A stretch of DNA of 64,000 nucleotides from a virus, in IMG/VR virus record IMGVR_UViG_3300022752_000037, positions 1-64,000 of that record; one strand, 5' to 3'. The position numbers and the translations under genes are program-made. Numbering within the stretch: the first letter of the stretch is position 1; the number at the start of each line of letters is the position of its first letter. This document shows positions 18,736 through 29,124 of this stretch, piece by piece. A model generated the notes under the pieces. That model worked only from the letters and a program-made list of their open reading frames with translations. It did no database searches and was not told where the DNA came from.

Positions 18736-20350
18736 TGACTGTTCTCCAAGCATAACCATTTTTAAGTTCTTCCACAGTAAATTGACAATAGCTTAAATGT
18801 GCCATAAATGCCATAACTTCATCTTTGCTTGGATAATAAGGGCTATCTATTTCCTCTAAATTTTGTTTAGTAACGCAAGCAGCAGCATTGGGACCTGTAG
18901 TAAAGGCTGGTTTCCCATACATTATTGCTTCTGTAGCCGCAATGCTATTAAAAGTTACTAAACAATGAACATCGTCAGCTAAGGCTTGTTCAATAGTGTT
19001 AATTGTTGTTCTTTCCGAGCGTGTACCTTTAAGCCTAAGTTCTATGGGTCTGCTGGTATACCTTTTAATTTTTTCTACGGTTTCTGTGACCCAAACATCC
19101 AAGTCTTGATCAAATAATTTCATAACTTTTTCACTTGGTGGGCAAATTAAAATTTTCGAACCTGTAGTAAATTTTTTAAACTTATAACCAATTTTGCTTA
19201 ATCTATCAAAGGGTCTTTCTACTATAGGCCCAAGATGCTGTAAACTATTTTTAGTCAATCTATGGTATTCTTTTAGTTTTACATGATTACCAAAGTATCC
19301 AGTATCTATGGCATAAAATGTTCTACCTGTTTTCCAGCAGTGATGTATGGCTTTTCTACTACTTCCTCCTAGTCCTCTAATAATTAATGGAGAATCTTTG
19401 CTCTCTTCTTTATCCCAAGTTGATAGATAACCATTACAAGATAATGCCAAGCACTCCAATATTCCATCAAACAAACGATTTTTAGATATAACTTCTGATT
19501 CTATGGCAGCGACCTTATTCCCCATTAAATTCTCCATTTTTTTAATTACGTCGTCTTTATTTAATGAATAGTAATTATTATAGGGATCAATAATAAAGTT
19601 GATTAGGTCATTAAATAATTCTTCAACAGACTCAGGTAAATGATTTAAAGTAGGATTATTTTTTTCTATAATTTTTTTAATTTCTAAAGATGACTTCTCT
19701 CTTTCCCATAGAGCACCATATTCGCAATTTACATAGTTGTCAAACCAAGGTCCTCCTTCAGTATAATGTAGAGCCTTAGGTTTTCCATCAGTGGGTTCTT
19801 TATACCAGTTAACTAACCAATTCCATTCGTGATGTATTTCTCCTATGTCACTGTCATCTAACCATGTAAAACGATGTAAAAAGGATCCTAATTCAGTGTT
19901 AACAACTTCTAAAGTTAAGTTTTGATTTTTGATGTGGCCGCAATTCCATAAAACTAAAGAACTCCAGTTTTTTCTTGGATAAGGTAATTGTTGTTTACCG
20001 TCCATTTTTAATCCTTCTTTGGGTTGATAATTATGTTTAACAACCATAACGGCATAGTTTGGATCGGCTAATTTAAAAAGTTCTTCTATATCATCTAAAA
20101 ATAAAAAGTCGCAGTCTACAAATAAAGCCCAACCTTGATAATTCATTAGATAAGGAACTAAGAATCGTGTAAACGTAAATTCTGTAGAAGATAAAGTATC
20201 TCGTTCTCTCCTGTATATTTTTTCTTGTTTTAGCTTGTGCTGTTTTAAAGGAATAACTTCTACTTCAGCATTGGTATGTTTTAAAATACTGTGCTTACAT
20301 ACTTGATAGGCTATATCTTCTCTTGAATCCCATCCAACAAATATTTTCAT
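18713..20350 (-). CDS. two-domain glycosyltransferase (GT8/CDI-like GT-A plus KpsS-like GT-B)
   Basis: N-terminal STEFTFTRF, FVDCD, KNWSS, HYTEGGPW; C-terminal NSIAATEAIMYGKP. Confidence 0.75.
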   Translation of the reverse strand: MKIFVGWDSREDIAYQVCKHSILKHTNAEVEVIPLKQHKLKQEKIYRRERDTLSSTEFTFTRFLVPYLMNYQGWALFVDCDFLFLDDIEELFKLADPNYAVMVVKHNYQPKEGLKMDGKQQLPYPRKNWSSLVLWNCGHIKNQNLTLEVVNTELGSFLHRFTWLDDSDIGEIHHEWNWLVNWYKEPTDGKPKALHYTEGGPWFDNYVNCEYGALWEREKSSLEIKKIIEKNNPTLNHLPESVEELFNDLINFIIDPYNNYYSLNKDDVIKKMENLMGNKVAAIESEVISKNRLFDGILECLALSCNGYLSTWDKEESKDSPLIIRGLGGSSRKAIHHCWKTGRTFYAIDTGYFGNHVKLKEYHRLTKNSLQHLGPIVERPFDRLSKIGYKFKKFTTGSKILICPPSEKVMKLFDQDLDVWVTETVEKIKRYTSRPIELRLKGTRSERTTINTIEQALADDVHCLVTFNSIAATEAIMYGKPAFTTGPNAAACVTKQNLEEIDSPYYPSKDEVMAFMAHLSYCQFTVEELKNGYAWRTVNESHSIP

Positions 20351-21096
20351 CGTCGTTCAATGTCCTCTTCTACACATTGCTCACCGAATTGTATTTCTAA
20401 AATATGACAAGGTTCATCTGTATCATTACTGCACTGATGCCATACTTCACGACCGATGATATAAGTTTCATTAGATTTTTTGTGTATAGTATTTTGAATC
20501 TTATTAAATTCAGTTAATATAGCACATTGACCTTTTAGAATAAACCAATGTTCATTTCTATGAAAGTGTCGTTGAAAAGACAGACTTGAATGAGGATTAA
20601 TGACTAATTCTTTTACTTTGTATCCGGGTTCAGATCTTATCACACCATACCAGCCCCATGGCCTGTCTGTTCGATTTATAGTCCAATTATCCAATATCCA
20701 ACTGCTCGAGTTTAGTTTTTCTTCTCCGCCTACTCCAAAGACAAATTCAACATCATCAAACACCATTTCTGGACAGTTACTTTTATTACGGTCGCCGCCG
20801 TTAGCAAATATTAATTGGTGTTTTTTAGGATACATCTGCTTGACCGTTTCTATAGCTTTTATAGAAGTATTATCGTCATCTTTAAAGGTAATAACCTGAT
20901 CAACCATTTTCAAACTGTTTATAAGTTCTGTTCGTTCCCAACAGGCAAGAAATGGTCTACCTTTTTTCCTACTAAGCCATGCATCGCTGTTGACGCCGAC
21001 TATGAGTTTATCCCCTAATTTTTTTGCTTCTTTAAAATAGTTTAAATGACCTGAGTGTAAGGGGTCAAACCCTCCAGTAACTAATACGATTCTCAT
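20347..21096 (-). CDS. cytidylyltransferase fused to a mannose-6-P-isomerase-type cupin
   Basis: TGGFDPLHSGH, FANGGDR, RPWG and SFQRHFHRNEHW motifs. Confidence 0.85.
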   Translation of the reverse strand: MRIVLVTGGFDPLHSGHLNYFKEAKKLGDKLIVGVNSDAWLSRKKGRPFLACWERTELINSLKMVDQVITFKDDDNTSIKAIETVKQMYPKKHQLIFANGGDRNKSNCPEMVFDDVEFVFGVGGEEKLNSSSWILDNWTINRTDRPWGWYGVIRSEPGYKVKELVINPHSSLSFQRHFHRNEHWFILKGQCAILTEFNKIQNTIHKKSNETYIIGREVWHQCSNDTDEPCHILEIQFGEQCVEEDIERR

Positions 21097-21104
21097 GGCT
21101 GTAT

Positions 21105-21560
21105 TTACAATGAAGCGTCCTCCATACCGGCAACTCTGAGTTTAACGATATTGGTAATCATCCATTGTTTTTGATCAAGTGCCTTGGTAACACCCAACCA
21201 TTTATTACGTATAAGAGCGAAGTCATTGATAATTTTTTCGAAATCAACAACATCATCTTCGCCTTCTACGTATTTTTCACAGTCTCTACTACTTAGAGCA
21301 CGTTGATAATTTTCAAGATACTTACGAAAATATTGGCTTTTCAGTCGACGAAGTTCAATATTTAGATATTCAAGAATAGCTTCAATTTCTTGTAACTGTC
21401 CATACCGATGTTCCACAATACCGGGCATATTTGCCGCGGCTTTTTCTATATTACCCGTTATACGGCTGTCTACTTTTGCTGCCTGTAATTCAGCTTCATA
21501 GTATTCGACGGCATCAGGAATATGACTGATATCCTTGGATATCTTTGTATACCAGTTCAT
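21105..21560 (-). CDS. uvsY: UvsY-like recombination mediator
   Basis: Helical protein with KYVEGE...KQWMITNIVKLR pattern, next to uvsX. Confidence 0.75.
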   Translation of the reverse strand: MNWYTKISKDISHIPDAVEYYEAELQAAKVDSRITGNIEKAAANMPGIVEHRYGQLQEIEAILEYLNIELRRLKSQYFRKYLENYQRALSSRDCEKYVEGEDDVVDFEKIINDFALIRNKWLGVTKALDQKQWMITNIVKLRVAGMEDASL

Positions 21561-21805
21561 TCGTCGTCTTCGTAGTTCCAGTTATCTTCTTCGTAATCTT
21601 CAATTTCTTCATCTACTTGATCTAAGTAGTATTCTATGGCTGTGTCTAAGTCGTCGTCAATGCCAGTGGCAGACTCCATTACCTTATCTGAGATACCATG
21701 ATCGGCAAGTAGATCAACATATCGTTCTGCAACAGCTTCGATATTTTTCTTATCTACATATTCTTTAAACAGCATCCAGATATCGGCAATTTGATTCTCA
21801 TTCAT
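21557..21805 (-). CDS. acidic hypothetical protein
   Basis: 82-aa ORF between uvsX and uvsY. Confidence 0.7.
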   Translation of the reverse strand: MNENQIADIWMLFKEYVDKKNIEAVAERYVDLLADHGISDKVMESATGIDDDLDTAIEYYLDQVDEEIEDYEEDNWNYEDDE

Positions 21806-22856
21806 TTTCTACAGGCTCCTCAGGTTGTTCAACAATAGTTTTCTTATGGTTGTGATAATCATTCATTATCATAAGTAATTTATCATCTTTCCACTCTTTT
21901 CTATAGTGTAAGTGTTCTTGACCACTACTGTCAACAAACTTGAGTCTGTTTCCTTGTTGAACTAATAGGCCTTCTTTTTCAAAAAGATCCACTAATCCAC
22001 TAAAAATATTCATACCTGTCTTATAGGGAATTTCTACTTCCATTGTTTCAAAAGGTTTAGCGTAACGAGTCTTCATTACCTTACAGGCGGCACGAATACC
22101 ATGCACCTGACTGGTCTTGTTGCCGTCTGCATCCGTTTTAAGTTTTAGTTTACGCATAGCTACCACAATACTTGATGCATAGATAAAACCTTGACCACCA
22201 CTGATCTTATCGTCTGGATCAAACATATCCTGACTGGCATAGGTATGATTTGTAGCAACTAATCCTACATTATGACTGCCAAACATATTAACACAGTTAC
22301 GAACAAGTGCCGTCAATGCTTTGGGCTTACGACCCATATCACCTTTTAAGTCACCTGCTTCGAACTGATTAACATCTGTAGGTGTCAATAACATTCCAAG
22401 ACTATCAATAACAAATAATACTTTAGGACGAGTTTCTTCAGGCATAGCCTTGAACTCTTTCATAAACTCGTTGATCGTTTTAGCTACGTCATCAATCATA
22501 GCCATGTTGAGTTTGAGTAGTTTTGACTCGTCTGTGTTAACACCAAGTCTATCTAACCAATCCTTATCTAAGGCATTTTCGCTGTCAACGAGGACCACAT
22601 AGATACCTTGTTCTTGTGCGTGTTTGATAACGTTACCTGAGCAGATATAACTTTTACCTGCTCCACTTTCGCCGGCAAACACTGTGACCTTGCCTAATGG
22701 GATACCTTTGTGAAAGTCTCCACTGATAAGATAGTTTAAGGCATAGTTGCCTGTGCTAACCCAGTCTGTAGGATCATTAAACCCAACACCTAATCCTTCA
22801 ATACTCTTAGTAAGAGTTTTTCTAAATTTGCTTAAATCAAAAGGTTTTGTTGCCAT
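21798..22856 (-). CDS. uvsX: UvsX/RecA recombinase
   Basis: GESGAGKS, VDSENA, VIDSLGML, TNH and SGG motifs. Confidence 0.92.
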   Translation of the reverse strand: MATKPFDLSKFRKTLTKSIEGLGVGFNDPTDWVSTGNYALNYLISGDFHKGIPLGKVTVFAGESGAGKSYICSGNVIKHAQEQGIYVVLVDSENALDKDWLDRLGVNTDESKLLKLNMAMIDDVAKTINEFMKEFKAMPEETRPKVLFVIDSLGMLLTPTDVNQFEAGDLKGDMGRKPKALTALVRNCVNMFGSHNVGLVATNHTYASQDMFDPDDKISGGQGFIYASSIVVAMRKLKLKTDADGNKTSQVHGIRAACKVMKTRYAKPFETMEVEIPYKTGMNIFSGLVDLFEKEGLLVQQGNRLKFVDSSGQEHLHYRKEWKDDKLLMIMNDYHNHKKTIVEQPEEPVENE

Positions 22857-22885
22857 TCATATCTCCAATTATTAATTTGCCTATC

Positions 22886-23488
22886 CTATTTAAATTTTGG
22901 TCCGCTTATCCATCCAACAAGACTATACCTTATTCCTGAAGTTACTGGTGTAACCTCATGTAACGCCCAAGAAGGGAAAAATAATACGGTTCCTCTTTGT
23001 TTTTTAAGAATATCAGGACATTCAGAAAAATGTAACAATAGCTCTCCTCCTGTGTATGAAGCAGGATCAGACAATTGTACTGTAAAACTAAGTTTTCTTA
23101 TAGTAAAACCTGAATGAAACATATCAATATGTTTTTTATAACATCCTTGATTAGCAGAATCATATTCAGTAAGTTGTAAACAATCAATTTGACTTAATTC
23201 AAAATCAAAAAACTTTTTGTTAGTGAAATTTATAGCATCAGCTAATTTTTCAAAAATCCAACCAGAACGATCATCTGCTAATATAAATCCTGTGCGACTA
23301 CGTCTGTAATCGTTATCTACATTATTGACATTGTTAATAGTAGCATCTATCATTTCTACATGCTTAGATAAATTTAAATTGATTATTTCTTCACATTCTG
23401 CCTCGTCAAAAACATTGTCAATATAAGCCCAAGGTTCTGTACCTTTTTTATAATTCAGATACCAGGAAGTATACTTAGGCGTGTTCAT
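22886..23488 (-). CDS. PKHD/prolyl-hydroxylase-type 2OG-Fe(II) oxygenase
   Basis: HID, RKLS, YTGGEL and FPSWALHEVTPVTSGIRYSLVGW motifs; start at 23488 after GGAG. Confidence 0.88.
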   Translation of the reverse strand: MNTPKYTSWYLNYKKGTEPWAYIDNVFDEAECEEIINLNLSKHVEMIDATINNVNNVDNDYRRSRTGFILADDRSGWIFEKLADAINFTNKKFFDFELSQIDCLQLTEYDSANQGCYKKHIDMFHSGFTIRKLSFTVQLSDPASYTGGELLLHFSECPDILKKQRGTVLFFPSWALHEVTPVTSGIRYSLVGWISGPKFK

Positions 23489-23552
23489 TTTTATTCTCCA
23501 AGATGGGGACTCGAGCGTAAGAACCATGCCTCAGAGGCCCGAGCCATACTAC

Positions 23553-24527
23553 TTATTGTTTGTTGCGATTTTTGATCATTGCTAAAATATCAGCTGCTTT
23601 ACTACCGGCTGCTGCTGAAATTTTTTCTTCAGTTTTAGCCGGAGCTTCTACTTTGGCCGGAGCACTTGGCTCATCGTCATACTCATCATCTGCTACTACC
23701 GGTTTAGCACTACGGTTAGCAGGATCACCTGTAGCAGAACTCATGCCTGCTGGTTTGAAGTATTGTCCCCAACGGTCCATGTCAAATGCGTCACCGTCTA
23801 CACTTGCTTCAAACATTTCTTTGATAACTTTGACTTCTACTTCGCCTGGTTTTTTAGGCAAATAATCTTTGAGATTGAATAATCCATATTTGCTAATGGC
23901 TTCATTCTCTGTGTCGCTTAAAGGACGACTGCGACGGCTCCATTTGCTGGTGCTATAATCAGCATATCCACCTTTACTACCTTTGATTAGTTTGAAGTCA
24001 ACACCATTTATTGTGTCAGTGGGCAAGTCATCCATTTCTGGATCAAGCAATGCACCGCGAATAAGTTGGAAGATTTGGGGTCCAATGATAAACCTACGAA
24101 TTGGATTTTCTGGATGACTATCTTCTTTTAAGCCATCTTCTACTACAAAGCCTTGGAAAATATAACTACGCTTTTTCCAATATTTACGACCCATATCTTC
24201 GAGGCTCGGATCTTTGAACCACCCACGAACTTCACTGAGGATTGGGCAAGTTTCGCCATACATTTCCATACAAGGAACATTTACTACTACTGGCTTATTA
24301 TCAGTTGAACCTTTTACACCACCAAAAGGCAACTTGATCATGGTTCGTTCTACCCAGAAAAATGTGTTATCGGAATCTCCGTCAGGAAGAAAACGGACTG
24401 TTGATTCACTACCTTCCTTTAAGTTCCAGAACGGATAAATTGAATTATCGCCGCCTGTACGCTCGCCGCCTGTTGAACGAGCTTCTTGTTCTTTTAATTT
24501 TGCGCGAATTTCTGCTAAAGATGCCAT
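23553..24527 (-). CDS. gp32: single-stranded DNA-binding protein (T4 gp32-like)
   Basis: VRFLP, C..CP, YWKKRSY and GYADY motifs; acidic C-terminal region; RBS AGGAG. Confidence 0.85.
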   Translation of the reverse strand: MASLAEIRAKLKEQEARSTGGERTGGDNSIYPFWNLKEGSESTVRFLPDGDSDNTFFWVERTMIKLPFGGVKGSTDNKPVVVNVPCMEMYGETCPILSEVRGWFKDPSLEDMGRKYWKKRSYIFQGFVVEDGLKEDSHPENPIRRFIIGPQIFQLIRGALLDPEMDDLPTDTINGVDFKLIKGSKGGYADYSTSKWSRRSRPLSDTENEAISKYGLFNLKDYLPKKPGEVEVKVIKEMFEASVDGDAFDMDRWGQYFKPAGMSSATGDPANRSAKPVVADDEYDDEPSAPAKVEAPAKTEEKISAAAGSKAADILAMIKNRNKQ

Positions 24528-24658
24528 AATGTTTCTCCTATTGTTAGCCTCTATATTTTGCCTATATTGTTTAACACCTGTTAAACAAAAAACGCATATA
24601 AAATTATATGCGTTTTTATTTATCATTGCAACCTCAAAGATTGCCTAAACGTGATTTA

Positions 24659-26227
24659 TTATGCCAAACCAGCAAGACGCATGATTCTCTTAGATTCGAA
24701 CACTTGTCCAAGTTCTGCTATCACCTTTTCAGCCAACTGTCCAGCACCTTCGCCGAATTCTTTTTCTACAGCAATCTTAACACCTTCTTCTCCCTTAGGA
24801 AACTGTCCAGTATTTTCGTCGAACATACTACGAATAAATTCCACTATTTCGCCGTTGCTCTTGCCTTCTGTAAAGAACTCATCAGCATCAAGACCAATCA
24901 TGGCTGCTGCTTCACCAAGTGTCATATCCTTGCCTGCAATATTAATAACTGTTTCTTTTTTGGCTCCGGCTTTTTTAGCCTTTTCCATTGCTGCCTTGGC
25001 AAGATGTTTGGCTTGACTATGCCCACCGTGTTCTGCACCATCACCAGCAGGTTTCTTTTTCTTAGGAGGATCTGGTTCGAATGGTGGATCATTTTCGTCA
25101 TAGTCTTTTTCTGATTCTGTTACTGCTAAAGAGTTCATAAAAGATTCAAAATCATTTATTTCTTTCATCTCATTTTCTATCTCTGTAACTGGATCTTGTA
25201 CTATTAGGTCGTTAATTAAATCTTCAGCAGTTACTTCTTTTACTGGATTAATATTTTCTCCTACAAGTTTATAGATATAAGGGAATACATTTTTAAGCTC
25301 TTCATTGAAACTACGAACAGTTAATCTATCAATCCAGTCATTAACAACATCTTCTGGGATGTCAAACTTTTCTTGTTCAGTAAAACTTTCAGCAAATGAT
25401 TCATAATATCCACGACTTTGTAGGTTATGTATTTCTTTTTTAACTTCCTGTATACGCTCTAATACACGACTATTGATAGGACCCATCGCTTCATTGACCA
25501 TTTCATTGCGTTCTACATAGCCTTTGAACATACGCAGTTTGTTCAATTCTTCACTAAGACCAATAATATGTTGTCCAATGCTATCATAGCTTGTGCCACC
25601 GTGTGCTACATGCATGGCTAAGGCTCTTGCTCCATTCAGATGCTTATAAGGATAACGGAAACGTTCTCCTTCACTGCTTTCTACAAAGATGCTTTCGATA
25701 TGCATTGAACGTCCTGCTGGTGCGTTGTAGTTAACTGGTTTACTATGCTTTACAATTAATTTTGCCTCGCCCATTTCTTGAAAACTGGTTCTCGAGGTCC
25801 CCCATAATTTACTTTCACTCATTGCGCCATCTCCGCGATTATTGGCTAGATATAGTTGTTGCCTTTGATCCAGATTCGATTTCGTAATATCACGAACATT
25901 ATAGTCCATCATATTACGGCTAGCAAAGTCGCTTAAACTTTCTAAAAATCTAAACCATTGATGCTTAACTAAACTTGGTTGATTTGCTACTATATCTTGA
26001 CTATACATGACTACTAACCCATCACTTTCTCCGTCTGGATTATCGTCTATGCTAATATTAATATTGCCTAAGTTTATATTATTTTTAACGTAATTAAATT
26101 CAAAAAATCTGGCATCTTTAGGGCGATCTGTAGGATCTTCATCCTTATCTCGCAGTTTTATACTTGGGAACTGTGTTCTAAGTTTACCAAAAAGTTCTAC
26201 TGCCACATTTTCGAGGTTTTTTTCCAT
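24659..26227 (-). CDS. hypothetical, probable head/core protein
   Basis: Glu-rich, ends RIMRLAGLA, TAAATA at 26233-26238, adjacent to terminase. Confidence 0.6.
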   Translation of the reverse strand: MEKNLENVAVELFGKLRTQFPSIKLRDKDEDPTDRPKDARFFEFNYVKNNINLGNINISIDDNPDGESDGLVVMYSQDIVANQPSLVKHQWFRFLESLSDFASRNMMDYNVRDITKSNLDQRQQLYLANNRGDGAMSESKLWGTSRTSFQEMGEAKLIVKHSKPVNYNAPAGRSMHIESIFVESSEGERFRYPYKHLNGARALAMHVAHGGTSYDSIGQHIIGLSEELNKLRMFKGYVERNEMVNEAMGPINSRVLERIQEVKKEIHNLQSRGYYESFAESFTEQEKFDIPEDVVNDWIDRLTVRSFNEELKNVFPYIYKLVGENINPVKEVTAEDLINDLIVQDPVTEIENEMKEINDFESFMNSLAVTESEKDYDENDPPFEPDPPKKKKPAGDGAEHGGHSQAKHLAKAAMEKAKKAGAKKETVINIAGKDMTLGEAAAMIGLDADEFFTEGKSNGEIVEFIRSMFDENTGQFPKGEEGVKIAVEKEFGEGAGQLAEKVIAELGQVFESKRIMRLAGLA

Positions 26228-26238
26228 AACTATATTTA

Positions 26239-27831
26239 TCAAAGGGTAGATGAAATGAATATTGGCATAGGTGGTTCAAAGTCTTCCTCTTCAAATCCTT
26301 CATTTGTAGTGTAGGCATCAAAAACCCTGTTGTCCCAGTCTGCTAATACTTGGCTCATACGGACCACTAGCAGGCAGGCTGCTACCAAGTCATCATGTTC
26401 TTCCAATTTACCTTTAAAAGTTATTCCGCTAGCTATAAAGTTTTTTAGTTCACTTATTAAGGGTTTACTATTAACTTTCATCTTGTTTGACTCTATCAAA
26501 TATTTTAACCTAGCACAGGCACTAATTTTAGTCTTGTGTGTTGTATTAAATCCTTTACGAAACTTACGAACATGTCCTTTACGAATAGGTTCACTAACAA
26601 AAAGCCCAGGAAAGCTTTCTTCTCCTAAATCCCGTATACAAATAAGTCCGGCCTCACCTATATTGTTATTTTCAATACTCCAATAGATATTATTAGCATT
26701 ATCTTCTCCTATACACTCTAAAATGTATTTTAGAATATCTTTCATTATTTTAACTTGTTGACTTATTGGAGTTAAATTGTGTTGCCATTCTCCTACTTGA
26801 GTAAAACTAGGAAGTTCGAAAATTTCAATAGCAGCATTATTACCGCCTGTTCCAAGACTTGGATCAAGTGCCACAGCGTAGATAGAATCTTTGTTGGGTT
26901 TTTTATACCAACGTATCTGTCCTACATTAAAAATAGGAGCAGAACCTTCCATACCAGCAAGATGAATACTGTTAATTAATGTTTCATCGTAGACTAAAAA
27001 TTCGCAGTTATATTCACGACGAAATCTTTCCTCTCCAATACGACCTCGTTCTTCTGTGGCCCATGCTTCATCTCTATCCGGATGTTCATCCCAGTTACAA
27101 GTAAATGGATAAAAACCGTTAGCTCCAACTTCTCGTTCGTTCCCAAATTCATCAAACTTTTTGTTTGCTTCCTTCCATATACTGGCAAAGGTATCCTCGT
27201 CACTGTTGGGTGTGCTGGTTATTATACACTTACCACCAGTTGCTAATGTGGGGCTTATAGAAGTCCAAAACTCAGCCGCTATATTAGGTGGCACAAAGGC
27301 AAACTCATCACAATACAATAAGGAAATACTCATACCACGACCTGTGTTTTCTGTTGTGGTTGTGCTGACTATACGACTATTATTATCAAATTCTATACTG
27401 CCTTTGTTATAGTTTGTGACACCGCATCGAATATGATCAGGACATAATTCATAAGCATATCTAATACGCTGCATGATTTCTTGAGAACCAGTGTATTTGT
27501 GTGCTGAAATCAATATGGTTTGATCAGGATGAAACATAGCATACCACAACAAATATCCAGCGGCACAGGTAGTTTTACCCATTTGGCGAGGTAACAGATT
27601 TACGTTGAATCTATGATAATGATAAGCATCTAATAATCTTGTTTGATAATCATAAGGCTCGAATAACAATTTACCTTTTACTGGATGTTGTATATAAAAA
27701 AAGTTATCGCAAAAAAAATGATAACCGTTATCGGCACTACATTTTAACAAATCATTGACTTGCTCTTCTGTATATTTTACTTGCTTGTGTGCCTTTTTAA
27801 TTAGCACACCATCTAAACTTTTTCCTGCCAT
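26239..27831 (-). CDS. gp17: terminase large subunit
   Basis: PRQMGKTT Walker A, YCDEFAF Walker B, ITSTPN, nuclease DPSLG...HDD motifs. Confidence 0.95.
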   Translation of the reverse strand: MAGKSLDGVLIKKAHKQVKYTEEQVNDLLKCSADNGYHFFCDNFFYIQHPVKGKLLFEPYDYQTRLLDAYHYHRFNVNLLPRQMGKTTCAAGYLLWYAMFHPDQTILISAHKYTGSQEIMQRIRYAYELCPDHIRCGVTNYNKGSIEFDNNSRIVSTTTTENTGRGMSISLLYCDEFAFVPPNIAAEFWTSISPTLATGGKCIITSTPNSDEDTFASIWKEANKKFDEFGNEREVGANGFYPFTCNWDEHPDRDEAWATEERGRIGEERFRREYNCEFLVYDETLINSIHLAGMEGSAPIFNVGQIRWYKKPNKDSIYAVALDPSLGTGGNNAAIEIFELPSFTQVGEWQHNLTPISQQVKIMKDILKYILECIGEDNANNIYWSIENNNIGEAGLICIRDLGEESFPGLFVSEPIRKGHVRKFRKGFNTTHKTKISACARLKYLIESNKMKVNSKPLISELKNFIASGITFKGKLEEHDDLVAACLLVVRMSQVLADWDNRVFDAYTTNEGFEEEDFEPPMPIFISSTL

Positions 27832-27844
27832 AATATTATTTAAA

Positions 27845-27872
27845 GAAAAAAATAGGCTCTATGAGCCTATTT
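27845..27872 (-). terminator. intrinsic terminator
   Basis: AAATAGGCTC-TAT-GAGCCTATTT hairpin with a T-run on the minus strand. Confidence 0.75.
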
Positions 27873-27888
27873 GAAAGTTTGAATAGCT

Positions 27889-28488
27889 TTATTTCATCGA
27901 GCTGTAAAGTTTTTCTAATGTCTCTCTAATCCTAGCTACAGCCATAGGATTATCACCTGGTTGTGTGGCTGGGTATGCTCCGTGTGGACGATGTAGATCG
28001 TCACCTGCCATAGGCAATGGCATGTTGGTTTCTTGTGGTTCGTTGGCATACTCATCCACAGGTTGATCGTCACCAATTACCAGTGTTTTTTTAGCCATGT
28101 CCATACCCGGTTCTTCATGATCGTGATCTGTGTGGTCCATATTGCCTATCATCTTACCAAGGTCGTCTTCGCCACCGTGTTCACCTTCAATGTTCTTAAG
28201 AATATCAATAAGATCTCGTATGCCGCCAGCACCACTACCGCTCATATTAACATTCATGCTCACATTGTCTTGTTGAGCTGGAGATGAGCTAGAAGCCATG
28301 TCGGGACCGCATTCATTAGCTAAAGAGTCTTCTCTCTTAATGTCTCCTGTACCTTTGCCGTTAATTTTAATTTCCTGACCTTTTGGAGTATTTTGAACAG
28401 CTTGTCCATAGGCATTACCTTCGTTAGGTTCTTCAACTACAGGCTTATCCAACTCTCTCATTCTGTTATATAATTCTTGAAAATTCAT
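27889..28488 (-). CDS. hypothetical acidic virion/head protein
   Basis: 199 aa, low complexity, structural gene context. Confidence 0.6.
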   Translation of the reverse strand: MNFQELYNRMRELDKPVVEEPNEGNAYGQAVQNTPKGQEIKINGKGTGDIKREDSLANECGPDMASSSSPAQQDNVSMNVNMSGSGAGGIRDLIDILKNIEGEHGGEDDLGKMIGNMDHTDHDHEEPGMDMAKKTLVIGDDQPVDEYANEPQETNMPLPMAGDDLHRPHGAYPATQPGDNPMAVARIRETLEKLYSSMK

Positions 28489-28497
28489 TTTATTTCC

Positions 28498-29103
28498 TTA
28501 TTTACTGCTATATGCTTTAAGGGCACTCCGAGCAGGTCCTGGTTTAACCATTTCATTAGCTTTTTCTTTATGAATCTTTTTTGCTAATATTTGGTCGTTT
28601 ACACCTTTATATTGTTGTGGCTCATTATTCTTACGTGTTTTAGCTAGTTCTTTTAGAAATTTACTGATATGTTTTTCGCCTACTAAATCTTGATGATTCT
28701 CTTTAGGGTAATCACACTGGCCAATAAGAGCCTTACCTGATTTTGTTTCTTGATTTTCTTCCACCTGTGCAGCTTCTTCTTCTCGTAGACTACGAACTCT
28801 GATATGGCTTGCTGAGATTCCTGTATGCTCCGATATATAACCACTTAGAACTGTACTAGTAGTAGGATATTTTAAATCAACATCAAATACACTTACTTCT
28901 AAATTTTTTAAGTCTGCAAAGTCAGGAAGGTGCTCTTGAATAGGCACTGTTTTACTTTTACTAAACTTCGAACATTCATATTTTTTAAGACAAGTTTCCA
29001 TTACATCATCAAAGTTATCAGGCAAATCGCCAGCGACCTTGAGTTTGAAACTATAGATTTTTTCTTCTTGACTTTCCGTTAAGTATTCTTTAAAAGATTT
29101 CAT
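28498..29103 (-). CDS. hypothetical head protein
   Basis: N-terminus MKSFKEYLTE resembles the T4 capsid-targeting sequence; TAAATA at 29122-29127. Confidence 0.6.
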   Translation of the reverse strand: MKSFKEYLTESQEEKIYSFKLKVAGDLPDNFDDVMETCLKKYECSKFSKSKTVPIQEHLPDFADLKNLEVSVFDVDLKYPTTSTVLSGYISEHTGISASHIRVRSLREEEAAQVEENQETKSGKALIGQCDYPKENHQDLVGEKHISKFLKELAKTRKNNEPQQYKGVNDQILAKKIHKEKANEMVKPGPARSALKAYSSK

Positions 29104-29124
29104 ACCTTAATCCTATTATATTAT

